From assembly GCA_964348895.1 (NCBI GenBank), contig CAYGEH010000001.1, positions 453,586 to 517,585 on the forward strand: DNA of 64,000 nt, written 5' to 3'. Both the position numbers and the translations under genes were made by a program. Under the pieces are notes generated by a model. It saw nothing but the letters and a program-made list of their open reading frames with translations. It was not told the origin of the DNA and did no database searches. This document shows positions 18,796 through 27,394 of this stretch, piece after piece; position 1 is the stretch's first letter, and each line of letters begins with the position of its first letter. The DNA comes from an uncultured Gammaproteobacteria bacterium. Its GTDB lineage: Bacteria > Patescibacteriota > Microgenomatia > 0-14-0-10-38-17.

Positions 18796-18834
18796 TGTAA
18801 AAACCTCGTTTCAATAACTAGAAAAAGAAGGGTC

Positions 18835-19491
18835 TCAAAGTATTCCTGTCGCAGAGGGGAGGCTAATAAAAACAAACTCAAAAAAACTAACCGCTGGAAC
18901 CAAAACAAGAGAAACAAGAGATCTTCCGAAAAAGACAGGCAATAGGGCAAAAATTAACAAAAAAACTCCATATCTTTTTAAAACTAAGTCAACAGCTTGG
19001 GCGGTTTTTTCTGGCAAGACACCGATCAAAATTTTGCTACCATCAAGAGGATAAATGGGTAAAAGGTTGAAAACCCCTAAAATTATGTTGAGTCTAATTA
19101 GACTCAACATAAGCCCGCTAATGACAAGGCTGTTTAGTCCCAGAAAATAAACAGGCAAACGAAAAAGACCAATAAAAAGAGCGACAACTAAGTTAACCGC
19201 TGGGCCAGCAAGGGCAATTAGGGCATTGTCTCGGCGAGGCTTGTTAAGATTGAACTCGTCAACAGGAACGGGTTTCCCCCAGCCGAAGCCAAAGAAAAAA
19301 AGCATAATCGTACCGATTGGATCAAGGTGGGCAAGAGGATTAAGGGTTAGTCGACCAGAAAACTTAGCGGTGGGATCACCTAATCGGTTAGCGGCCCAAG
19401 CATGAGCAGCCTCATGAACAGTTAAGGCAAAAAGCAAACTAATAACAAAGAGTAGCACGGAAAAGGGATCAGAGAAGATATTGGCAAACAT
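18835..19491 (-). CDS. M50-family site-2-protease-like zinc metalloprotease (SpoIVFB-like)
   Basis: 'LTVHEAAHAWAANRLGD' (HExxH in a TM helix); polytopic; 218 aa. Confidence 0.75.
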   Translation of the reverse strand: MFANIFSDPFSVLLFVISLLFALTVHEAAHAWAANRLGDPTAKFSGRLTLNPLAHLDPIGTIMLFFFGFGWGKPVPVDEFNLNKPRRDNALIALAGPAVNLVVALFIGLFRLPVYFLGLNSLVISGLMLSLIRLNIILGVFNLLPIYPLDGSKILIGVLPEKTAQAVDLVLKRYGVFLLIFALLPVFFGRSLVSLVLVPAVSFFEFVFISLPSATGIL

Positions 19492-19550
19492 AAATTGAAA
19501 AACTAGCGCTATTGTGTTAGTATAACATAGATAAATTTCTATTTTTAAAA

Positions 19551-19778
19551 ATGCACTGTCAATCTTGTACTAAAAGACCAGTTATGGGTGGCAAAATGAT
19601 TAGGACAGGAACCGGGAAGTGGATAAAAAAACGAGTTAAAGTAAAAAGAAGTCCTAATTTACAAAAGACTACCCTGGTGATTTCTGGTCAAGAAAAAGAA
19701 AAAATTATTTGCACCTCTTGTCTTAAAAAATTTAAGAAAGAAGGGAAGGTGAAGGTGGCCTATTTTGTTGGTCAATAG
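19551..19778 (+). CDS. rpmB: 50S ribosomal protein L28
   Basis: 'CQSCTKRPVMGG...' N-terminus and 'SPNLQKTTLVISGQEKEKIICTSCLKKFKKEGKV' align to L28 ('[29 protein letters not shown]'). Confidence 0.65.
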   Translation: MHCQSCTKRPVMGGKMIRTGTGKWIKKRVKVKRSPNLQKTTLVISGQEKEKIICTSCLKKFKKEGKVKVAYFVGQ

Positions 19779-20159
19779 CTTAAGGCTTCTTTGTTTCCCC
19801 CAAGTTTCCCCAAAAAATATTATTTGTTTCAAGGAAATTCTTCGGTCTGTTTTAATTAAATCTAAGAAAAAAATACTTCAAGTTCTTGGCTTGTTTCGTT
19901 GTTGAGTTGACGACAACACCAAGCCATAAAGATGTTTCCTTTTAAGAACAAAGCTTATTTTTGATCAAAAGAAGTAATTGGCTTGGTGTTTTTGACGGGA
20001 ACAACAGGGCTTATTTTTTTTAATTATTAACTTAACCATATTCTAACTTTATAAAAAAAGAAAAAGATAAATTAAAAAGAAGCGAACCAAAAGCCTTTTT
20101 CTGTGATGCTGGCAATATACCACAATGATTGACAAGGAAGGCAAAAACAGGATCTAGGC

Positions 20160-21056
20160 CTATGACCAAGGAAGCAAGAAAGACTTAGCTAAATCTTTGT
20201 TCCAGGGGATTGGTTTGCCTCCAGATAATTGAACTAAATCAAGTCTAAGACAATTATCTTCCTGGTGAGCCTTAATAATTTTTAACCTTTGGTTTTTAAC
20301 AAAAGTAAAAGTTCCTGGCCAAGAAAAAAAAGCCCTTATTTTTCGGTCAATTTTGTCTGCCAAGCCCTGGTCTCCCAAGAGAGCTCTTTTTAGGTGGTTA
20401 GGCTCAATATAGCCGTCTTGTCGAGAAAGTAATTTGGTGAAAGAGGCTTTTTGGTGTTCTTGGGGTTGGGGGGTAATTTTTTCCTCTAAATAGTCAAAGA
20501 GTTTTTTTTCAAGCAACCTGGCCCCAAGACAGAAAAGCTTTTCAGTTAAGGATTCTTGGGTGTCATTATTTTTAATTAAGGTTTTTTCTTGAGCAATAAT
20601 AGGGCCATGGTCAACTTTTTTGTCTATTAAAAACAAAGAGACACCAGTGGTTTTTTTGCCGCCGAGAATAGCAGAGGCGACGGGAGTTGCTCCTCTTAGT
20701 TTGGGTAAAAGAGAGGGGTGAACATTGATAATTCCTTTAGGAAAAACATTGATTAATTCTTGAGGAACTATTTGACCATAAGCAGCCAAAACGGCAACCT
20801 CTGGCTTAGTTTGGGCGATCTTTTGACAAAGCTGATGGTTTAATTCCTGGGGGGTCAGCAAGGGAAGAGAATTATTTTTAGCAAACTGTCCAACTGGAGT
20901 GGGGGTTAGTATTTGATTTCTGCCCGCAGGCCTTGGAGGTTTAGTAATAACAAGTGTTGTTTTCAGAGAAGAAAGAGAAAGAACTTTTTTTAAAATGATG
21001 ACCGAGGCTTCTTCTGAACCAAAAAAAACAATTGGGATAGCGATTCTTTTTTTCAT
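20160..21056 (-). CDS. fmt: Methionyl-tRNA formyltransferase
   Basis: N-terminal formyltransferase domain ('IVFFGSEEASVIILKKVL', 'VHPSLLPKLRGATPV') plus a C-terminal domain. Located upstream of def. Confidence 0.85.
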   Translation of the reverse strand: MKKRIAIPIVFFGSEEASVIILKKVLSLSSLKTTLVITKPPRPAGRNQILTPTPVGQFAKNNSLPLLTPQELNHQLCQKIAQTKPEVAVLAAYGQIVPQELINVFPKGIINVHPSLLPKLRGATPVASAILGGKKTTGVSLFLIDKKVDHGPIIAQEKTLIKNNDTQESLTEKLFCLGARLLEKKLFDYLEEKITPQPQEHQKASFTKLLSRQDGYIEPNHLKRALLGDQGLADKIDRKIRAFFSWPGTFTFVKNQRLKIIKAHQEDNCLRLDLVQLSGGKPIPWNKDLAKSFLLPWS

Positions 21057-21059
21057 ATT

Positions 21060-21617
21060 TCATAAGGGAAATCCTAGTTTTTGAGGACTAATCTTTTTTA
21101 GTTGATTATCCTCGTTACAGAAAAGCTGGCCCTTTTCTCTAATAACTCTTTGAATAAAAAGCCTTCCGTTTAGGTGGTCTAGTTCGTGTTGAAAAACAAT
21201 CGCCTCTAATCCAGTTAGAACTTTTTTTGTTTTTTTACCATTAAGGCTAAATCGTTGAATTTTGATAGTGGGCCAGCGCTTAACAGCACCATACAAATTA
21301 GGCAAAGACAAACAGCCCTCTAGAAACGGTTGAAGAGAATGGTCTGAATCATGGTCGTTTTCTTCAAGAAGAAAATGTTGTTTTGGGGAAGAATAATCAA
21401 GTATGGCTGGATTAATAAAAATTTCAGGTTGCCTTTGAGGGAGACTCAAAACAAAAACGGCTTGGTCATAGCCAATTTGAGGGGCGGCTAAACCAATACC
21501 CTTATTTGCCAAAGCGTTAATAAGCCTGTTTCCTAGAGATTTAATTTTATGATTAATTTCTAGGACTGGCAAGGCTGGTGTTGTCAAAATTGGATTAGGG
21601 GCGACAATAATTTTCAT
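21060..21617 (-). CDS. def: Peptide deformylase
   Basis: 'EGCLSLP' and 'QHELDHLNG' are the PDF motifs 2 and 3; motif 1 'GLAAPQIG' is also present. Confidence 0.9.
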   Translation of the reverse strand: MKIIVAPNPILTTPALPVLEINHKIKSLGNRLINALANKGIGLAAPQIGYDQAVFVLSLPQRQPEIFINPAILDYSSPKQHFLLEENDHDSDHSLQPFLEGCLSLPNLYGAVKRWPTIKIQRFSLNGKKTKKVLTGLEAIVFQHELDHLNGRLFIQRVIREKGQLFCNEDNQLKKISPQKLGFPL

Positions 21618-21653
21618 TTGAATTTAGTCAACACATTATAGCATTTGGCCAAA

Positions 21654-23705
21654 TCAGAGCTGCTTTAGTAGCTCTTGTGCTTCCCCATGATCGGGGTTTA
21701 AGTATTTAAGCAAAAAAACTAGTGCCCCTCTGGCTTCATCAATTTGATTGTTCTCTTGATAGAATCTGGCTATCCAGTAGTATGCATCTTGATAGTCGGG
21801 CTTTAGATTGATAGAGGTTTTTAGCCAAGCAATTCCTTGATCAAGATTTGTCTGTTGATGGGCCAAAACAGCCAAATTGTAAGTAATTTTAGGATTCATT
21901 GGCGCCAATTTATGAGCCGCCAAAAGAAGCTGATATGAGTCGACCAAATACTGAGGATTAATTCTAGAGAGAAGAAAATATGTTTGTGATTGTTGACGGT
22001 AGAAACCAACCTGATAAGGGCTTAAGTCGATGGTTTTTTTAGCCAAAATCTTAGCCTTATTAGTAAAGTTTTCTGCTTCTTGATTGTTTTGATTTTGACT
22101 AAAAACAACCGCCAGGTGAGCAGAAATAAAAGCAAGCTTGTTGCTATATAGCGGTTCTTTGGGGTTAAGTTGTTTGGCTTTTCGATAATGAAGATAAGAC
22201 TGAAGGAGGCTTCCCTGTTGTAATTCTTTTTCACCACGAGCAAAGTGGTAGTCTGCTAGCCAGTATCGACTTAGAGCTAAAATTAAATTAAGACCAACAA
22301 GAATTATTATAATTAGGGCAAATTTTTGCTGCCCTGACAGGGGGTTAGTGGAGGTCAAAAATGATGATTTTATTTGATTGTTAGAAGTGAAAACAAGGGC
22401 TGGAATTAAAAAGAATAACAGATTAACGGCCACGACTGAAAATCCAAAAAAATTGGTGATTAAGATTGTTAAGTAACCGGCAAAAAGACCCAAAAGAAAA
22501 AAATTTTTTGGGTCTTTTTTGATTGAGGCGAAAAGGAAAACAAGAGTGGCAATAATTAAGATAAAGTAAGCCCCGAAACCAACAAGGCCGGTGTTGGCAA
22601 GATAATTAAGATATTCGTTATGAGCCTTGTTATAGAGAAAATCCCACTCTGATAAAAGGTTGTGGTCTTTGGGTTGATGCCAGTAGTATGAATGAGCGAA
22701 AGTTTCTGGCCCTGTTCCTAAAAAAGGATGATTTTTAAAGACTTGAATCGCCCCTTGCCAAACAACCTTTCTTATGTCGGCAGTAGCACTGCCCAAATCT
22801 GGAGTAGCGCTATCAGCTGTTTCCCATTGGGGTAAAGATTGGGGGCTAATTAACGAAAAGCGTTTAAAGTGACGATTAATTTGCTCAAAGGGAGAAAGAA
22901 ACAAAACAGTTAAAATAAAACTAAAACCCCCAAATAAAACCAAAACTTTTTGATAACTTGATTTAAAAATAGGTCTGATGAGAATCGACAAGAACAGAAT
23001 AAAAAAATAAACTAGCCCAAAAGCTAGAAAACCAGAGCGAGAGCGAGTGAAAATAAGAGCCAAAAAAGCAACCAAGAAAACAAAAATAAAAAAGAAGCGA
23101 CCCTTTGATTTTTTTTGAGTGAAAAAAGCGGGAATCAAAAAGATCAAGCTGCTGATCCAAGCGGCTAACCAATTTGGTTGGCCTAGGCTAGAGAAAATTC
23201 GAGCAGAAACATCTTGGACCCAGAAACGATCATCGATACCTAGTCTTTGTAAAAGACCGTAAATCGAGACAACAATTAGAGCCGCCAAAGAAGCCTTAAG
23301 AAGATTAATGTTTGTTTTTGGAGAGTTAAGGTTACTAACAAGAGCAAAGTAAAGCAGAATATAGGCAGTAACAGACAAAAGACCGCCGTTTTGTCGAGTA
23401 TAATAACCCCAAAAAGAAATGTGAGGATCAATCGAGGTAATGGTGGTAATAATTTGACTTAGAAGAAAAACCATCAAGGGCCAAAAAAGAAAAGTCTTTT
23501 GAAAAATAATTTTTTTTTGAATAATCATTTTAATTATCCAAAACGTCAAGATAACAACAACTACAAGATAAACAAAAACCATTTTATTAAATTCAAACAA
23601 TTCGTGGTTAATAGTGGTAAAAATTAAAGGAGTAAGAAAAAAAAGAAGAAAGAAAGATTTTTCTAAAACTTTTTGACAAATCAGATCAAGTTTCAATGGA
23701 GTCAT
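21654..23705 (-). CDS. Polytopic membrane protein with O-antigen-ligase/polymerase-like (Wzy_C-like) region and C-terminal TPR repeats
   Basis: At least 10 TM helices in the N-terminal 450 aa and TPR-like repeats in the C-terminal ~200 aa ('AYYWIARFYQENNQIDEA'). Confidence 0.5.
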   Translation of the reverse strand: MTPLKLDLICQKVLEKSFFLLFFLTPLIFTTINHELFEFNKMVFVYLVVVVILTFWIIKMIIQKKIIFQKTFLFWPLMVFLLSQIITTITSIDPHISFWGYYTRQNGGLLSVTAYILLYFALVSNLNSPKTNINLLKASLAALIVVSIYGLLQRLGIDDRFWVQDVSARIFSSLGQPNWLAAWISSLIFLIPAFFTQKKSKGRFFFIFVFLVAFLALIFTRSRSGFLAFGLVYFFILFLSILIRPIFKSSYQKVLVLFGGFSFILTVLFLSPFEQINRHFKRFSLISPQSLPQWETADSATPDLGSATADIRKVVWQGAIQVFKNHPFLGTGPETFAHSYYWHQPKDHNLLSEWDFLYNKAHNEYLNYLANTGLVGFGAYFILIIATLVFLFASIKKDPKNFFLLGLFAGYLTILITNFFGFSVVAVNLLFFLIPALVFTSNNQIKSSFLTSTNPLSGQQKFALIIIILVGLNLILALSRYWLADYHFARGEKELQQGSLLQSYLHYRKAKQLNPKEPLYSNKLAFISAHLAVVFSQNQNNQEAENFTNKAKILAKKTIDLSPYQVGFYRQQSQTYFLLSRINPQYLVDSYQLLLAAHKLAPMNPKITYNLAVLAHQQTNLDQGIAWLKTSINLKPDYQDAYYWIARFYQENNQIDEARGALVFLLKYLNPDHGEAQELLKQL

Positions 23706-23770
23706 ATTAACAAACAGTATATAAGTTTTTTAAAGAAAAAGGAGGTATTTTTGGAGATACTAATTCAATT

Positions 23771-23844
23771 TGGTGGACCCGAGGGGAATTGAACCCCTAC
23801 TTTCGCTATGCCATAGCGATGTTCTACCATTAGACTACGGGCCC
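23771..23844 (-). tRNA. tRNA-Ala (anticodon GGC), CCA encoded
   Basis: Acceptor GGGCCCG/CGGGUCC with the G3:U70 alanine identity pair; anticodon stem UCGCU/AGCGA with loop AUGGCAU; T-arm AGGGG-UUCAAUU-CCCCU; 3' ACCA encoded. Confidence 0.85.
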
Positions 23845-23936
23845 CTAACAAGCTCTATTTTATTAGAGGAAGGTGTTTTTGGCAAGAAAGTAGGCTTTTG
23901 TGCTAAAATTAGCCCTGTTAGTTAGGCCTAAATTGG

Positions 23937-24010
23937 GCCACCTTAGCTCAGTTGGTTAGAGCAACTGTTTTGTAAACAGTAGGTCCTCGGTTCAAATCCG
24001 AGAGGTGGCT
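23937..24010 (+). tRNA. tRNA-Thr (anticodon UGU)
   Basis: Acceptor GCCACCU/AGGUGGC; D-arm GCUC-AGUUGGUUA-GAGC; anticodon stem ACUGU/ACAGU with loop UUUGUAA; T-arm CUCGG-UUCAAAU-CCGAG. Confidence 0.85.
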
Positions 24011-24023
24011 CTTGAACTCTTTT

Positions 24024-24095
24024 GCCGATGTGGCTCAGTGGCAGAGCACGTCTTTGGTAAAGACGGGGTCATGGGTTCGATTCCCATCATCGGCT
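24024..24095 (+). tRNA. tRNA-Thr (anticodon GGU)
   Basis: Acceptor GCCGAUG/CAUCGGC; anticodon stem CGUCU/AGACG with loop UUGGUAA; T-arm AUGGG-UUCGAUU-CCCAU. Confidence 0.85.
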
Positions 24096-24327
24096 CTAGT
24101 TATTTAAATGTAACAGCAGAGGAAAGATTATTTAAAAAAATTAAGAAATTTAAAACAGATTAGCCTTATTTATTTTTATTTTCTTTGTCTGCTGATTGAA
24201 AGTTGGTTTGTTTTTAGGAAAATTGTAAGATTAACATCTTTTGAGTACTCTAATTACTCTTTAAAATTAGCCGACACTTCGGTTATAAACCTCAATTTTC
24301 TTCTTTTAGAAGCGAATTTTATTTGTT

Positions 24328-24363
24328 ACTTGACATTGATATATTTTTATCGATATAGTTAAG
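24328..24363 (+). promoter_or_regulatory. Sigma-70-like promoter (TTGACA-18 nt-TATAGT) upstream of the small HTH gene
   Basis: 'cTTGACAttgatatatttttatcgaTATAGTtaagagaaggaaag', followed by the RBS AAGGAAAG and the ATG at 24390. Confidence 0.4.
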
Positions 24364-24389
24364 AGAAGGAAAGAAAAATTGAAAATTTT

Positions 24390-24569
24390 ATGGAAGAATT
24401 AAAAACAACCCTTTATACTGTTTCTGAGGCGGCTAAGATTTTGCGTTTCTCTCCAGTAACCCTATATCGCTGGATTGCTCAGGGGAAAATAAAGGTAGCA
24501 AAGCTTGGAACCAGAAGCTATAGAATTAAAAAAAGACATCTGGAAGAGCTGATGGAAAATAAAAAGTAA
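24390..24569 (+). CDS. Small excisionase/AlpA-family HTH DNA-binding protein (59 aa, below the ORF-track cutoff)
   Basis: Hand translation: MEELKTTLYTVSEAAKILRFSPVTLYRWIAQGKIKVAKLGTRSYRIKKRHLEELMENKK. HTH_17-type pattern 'LxTVxEAAxxLxxSxxTLYRWIxxGKI', good RBS, and a stop 5 nt before the giant-gene ATG. Confidence 0.6.
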   Translation: MEELKTTLYTVSEAAKILRFSPVTLYRWIAQGKIKVAKLGTRSYRIKKRHLEELMENKK

Positions 24570-24574
24570 AAGAC

Positions 24575-27394
24575 ATGCTCTGCCCAAAAAACTTCAACAA
24601 TGTAGTTTTAAAAATAAAAAAGCTATTGTCTGGGAACAGGAGCATTTTATTGAAAATAAAACCACAAACAAAGAAAAGAAAAAGAAGCTGTCTAGAGAAC
24701 AAGGGAAGCCTTAAAAAGATATCCTTGATTTTTTCGATTAAGACCTTTAAAAAGAAAAGTTTTACTAGAAAAAAAGTTGATTGCTTTTTTTTACGTGCCC
24801 ACGAGGTCTTTGATCTACTTGGGCGACATTTTGTTATTAAACATAAAACACTAAGACATTCCTCTTGTAATCGCAGAAACAACACTGTTTATAGAAACTT
24901 AAAAAAAAGAAACAACTGGCTGTTTAGTCTTAAAGAAAAAACCCTAAAGGGTTTAAAAATATTTTTGTTGACAACAAAGAATGTTTTTAAAAAATTATTT
25001 CACCTCGCTGTCAACAAGAGTAAGTCTTTATACTATTATATAAAAGAGGGGCGCTTTCGAGAAATTACTCCAGCTTTTGTAGCACACTCGGTACGACGAC
25101 ACTTGCCACTTTTTTTAGCTGTCTTGTTTATTACGCCTGCGGCGATTTTTTTGGGAATTTTTATTTATTCTAGATTAAACCAGCCACCTGCTTATGCGAC
25201 CCCTTTTACTGGTGCAATCAAGATTTCTCGGCAGTCTACTACTCTGTCTACCGACGGTGACTGGCTTACTTCGTTGGCACATTCAGGAGATGGGGTGACT
25301 GGTGACGCCGAGTCAGGAACCTTTAATCCAATTCATCCAGGTGGAACCTCAGATGGCACAGCAGGATCGGGCTTGGCGATTGGCTATATGACGGCTGGGG
25401 CGACAACCTATGCCACTACTGAGTTTATTGGTTTTAGGCCTAGTGCCAACGGAAACTTGACTGGCATAATGCTAGTTTTAGAGAACACCCTGTCTGCTTC
25501 TCGATCGGATGTGGACATAGTGGTTGAATTATTACGTTTTCCTTCAGCCGTTTGCACCACTACTTGCTCTAACTATGTGACTGGCTCTTTAAACTCTTTT
25601 ACCTTTCCAGCAGATACAGAGGTTTTAAGAAGAACTGTCTGGCAGTTTAATCAAGGTTTGTCGGGGGAAAACATGGCACCAGGAAACTTTGGTAGAGCAA
25701 CTTTTGATTTCCGTTTTGATTCGCCGGTAGCAGTAAACACTAGTAGTCATTATGGAATTAGGATTATTAACATGGGGTCAGGAGCACCAGTGTTTGGTGC
25801 GTGGGCAGCCAATGCCCCTTTTGCCAATTTTCCTATAATTAATGGTGCTTTTCGTACAATTGGGGTAAAAAGTATTGACAACGTCAATGCACCAACAGTT
25901 AACATGCCATTGGCTTTGTCTGGTAATAGCGTGATTATTTTAGGAACTTCACCTACACAAAGCTCTGGTATGGTAGCCGGAAATTCACTTGCTGGCGTGG
26001 GCTTGCCGACAATTAGAAGAACGGAGAACGAACATTGGACAGCAACCTATTCTTTAACCAATAACAACTGGACAATTGGGGGTTCAGTTTCTGGAGTTCA
26101 AAACAGAAGATTAACTACAGCGACGACTGGTGGTACAGGGCCGTCTTGGGTTAATGATGGAGTGGCAATAACACCACTGGCTGTTGACTCGGCCGCCTCT
26201 AATCGACTCTGTGTTACTTCAAGCGCTGGTTTTGCTGTTAATCAAACCATTGATCTTTGGGATTCGGACACAGCCACGCTGGGATACACTATTGCCTCAG
26301 TTAATGCTTCAGATGGTAGTTGTCCAGGAAATGGGCCATCAATTATTACCACCGCTGCGACCGTTGTTGGTTACACTGTTAATAAAAATGCCACTGTGGC
26401 CCAGGCGGTTTGGAAACAAAGAATTATCCAGGGGGCGGAAACAGCCTTTTCTCAAAACATGCCAACAACTAGCAAAATCTGTGTAGTTGACGCCTCGCAG
26501 TTTTCTGTTCGGCAGGGGGCAGCAGCTAATTTAGCTATTTGGGACAATAATTCGGTTATTTTGGCAACCAACGCCATTACTGCCATTACCGTTGATGATA
26601 TAGCCTGTGTTAATCCAACTCACGATGGCTTAACCTTAGCCTCTACGATTACCGCCGGAACCTATACAATTGACCAAAACGCTAGAGTAGCAGAAATTTC
26701 TACAACGCTTTCTAATATCGGAACGCCAGCTAATAATGCAACTATGCGCTGGACAACCTTTAATCATACCCAAAACCCAACCGCTTCTCCTCATCTTGCC
26801 AGAACCAGCTCGGTGATGATTGGTTTAGCAAAAAACTTGGCACCGGCCCAATCGGGCGTCAATTACCCCTTTCTTTCTAACAATCATATATTTTTTACAG
26901 CCTACGGCGACGCCAATACCCTGGCTCCAGCCGACGGCGACATTGTTGTTGTGGGAAATGGCAGGCCCGATCCAGACAGTGCTGATTCTCCGAATTTAAT
27001 AGATGATTTAAATTGGTCAGGGAAACAGGAACATGTGATTACTATTGATCGACATTGGAGTGCACCCCTGGTTTATACTGGTTCGTATGGCAGTGCAGTT
27101 TTAGATGGTGCCGGCGCTAGGGCTGATTTTTCCGCTTATTCGCAAAACGCAGGCTGGATTTCGGCGGTGATTGCTCCGAGTTCGCAGTTGCTTTTTGGCA
27201 ATGCCCTAACACTCATTATCGGATTACCATTCCCGGAAAAATTGTTATTGACTCTGATGCCTCTTTGGCTTTTGGGAAACAAGGAGCGGCTATTCCCGAC
27301 TCTTCATTTCAAAACATTTATTTTGACAACGTCAGCCCGGCGGTTTCCACCACGCTTACTACCAACTCTGACACTGGTACGGTGCTTACCGTAA
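24575..27394 (+). CDS. Giant surface protein, N-terminal ORF (frame A). The real reading leaves this frame at ~27.21 kb; sequence after that is out-of-frame read-through
   Basis: Only one in-frame ATG (24575), followed by a ~170-aa K/R-rich stretch over AT-rich DNA, so the true start is uncertain. A TM anchor 'LPLFLAVLFITPAAIFLGIFIY' lies at about 25.10-25.17 kb. T/S/G/A/N-rich ectodomain with repeated 'IWDNNSV...GYTIDQNA' modules that recur in the next ORF. Confidence 0.6.
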   Translation: MLCPKNFNNVVLKIKKLLSGNRSILLKIKPQTKKRKRSCLENKGSLKKISLIFSIKTFKKKSFTRKKVDCFFLRAHEVFDLLGRHFVIKHKTLRHSSCNRRNNTVYRNLKKRNNWLFSLKEKTLKGLKIFLLTTKNVFKKLFHLAVNKSKSLYYYIKEGRFREITPAFVAHSVRRHLPLFLAVLFITPAAIFLGIFIYSRLNQPPAYATPFTGAIKISRQSTTLSTDGDWLTSLAHSGDGVTGDAESGTFNPIHPGGTSDGTAGSGLAIGYMTAGATTYATTEFIGFRPSANGNLTGIMLVLENTLSASRSDVDIVVELLRFPSAVCTTTCSNYVTGSLNSFTFPADTEVLRRTVWQFNQGLSGENMAPGNFGRATFDFRFDSPVAVNTSSHYGIRIINMGSGAPVFGAWAANAPFANFPIINGAFRTIGVKSIDNVNAPTVNMPLALSGNSVIILGTSPTQSSGMVAGNSLAGVGLPTIRRTENEHWTATYSLTNNNWTIGGSVSGVQNRRLTTATTGGTGPSWVNDGVAITPLAVDSAASNRLCVTSSAGFAVNQTIDLWDSDTATLGYTIASVNASDGSCPGNGPSIITTAATVVGYTVNKNATVAQAVWKQRIIQGAETAFSQNMPTTSKICVVDASQFSVRQGAAANLAIWDNNSVILATNAITAITVDDIACVNPTHDGLTLASTITAGTYTIDQNARVAEISTTLSNIGTPANNATMRWTTFNHTQNPTASPHLARTSSVMIGLAKNLAPAQSGVNYPFLSNNHIFFTAYGDANTLAPADGDIVVVGNGRPDPDSADSPNLIDDLNWSGKQEHVITIDRHWSAPLVYTGSYGSAVLDGAGARADFSAYSQNAGWISAVIAPSSQLLFGNALTLIIGLPFPEKLLLTLMPLWLLGNKERLFPTLHFKTFILTTSARRFPPRLLPTLTLVRCLP
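27127..27394 (+). other. -1 frameshift junction between the two ORFs of the giant gene
   Basis: Frame B (codons at position 1 mod 3) opens after a TGA at 27124-27126. Frame A (2 mod 3) runs to a TAA at 27392-27394. Protein-like composition switches from A ('...APSSQLLFGNALT') to B ('HYRITIPGKIVIDSDASLAFGKQGAAIPDSS...') near 27205-27215. Local landmarks are a T5 run at 27192-27196 and, in frame A, the heptamer G_GGA_AAC at 27274-27280, whose -1 slip enters frame B. Confidence 0.6.

Noticed and set aside
19903-20010. Two similar 19-nt direct repeats (TTGACGACAACACCAAGCC / TTGACGGGAACAACAGGGC) in the rpmB-fmt intergenic region
   Set aside because: They are imperfect, and no structure or ORF is associated with them. 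They may be terminator remnants. There is too little signal.
24526-24885. 119-aa minus-strand ORF
   Set aside because: It lies in the AT-rich leader of the giant gene, its translation is low-complexity F/L/K-rich, and it overlaps the HTH gene and the giant-gene start.
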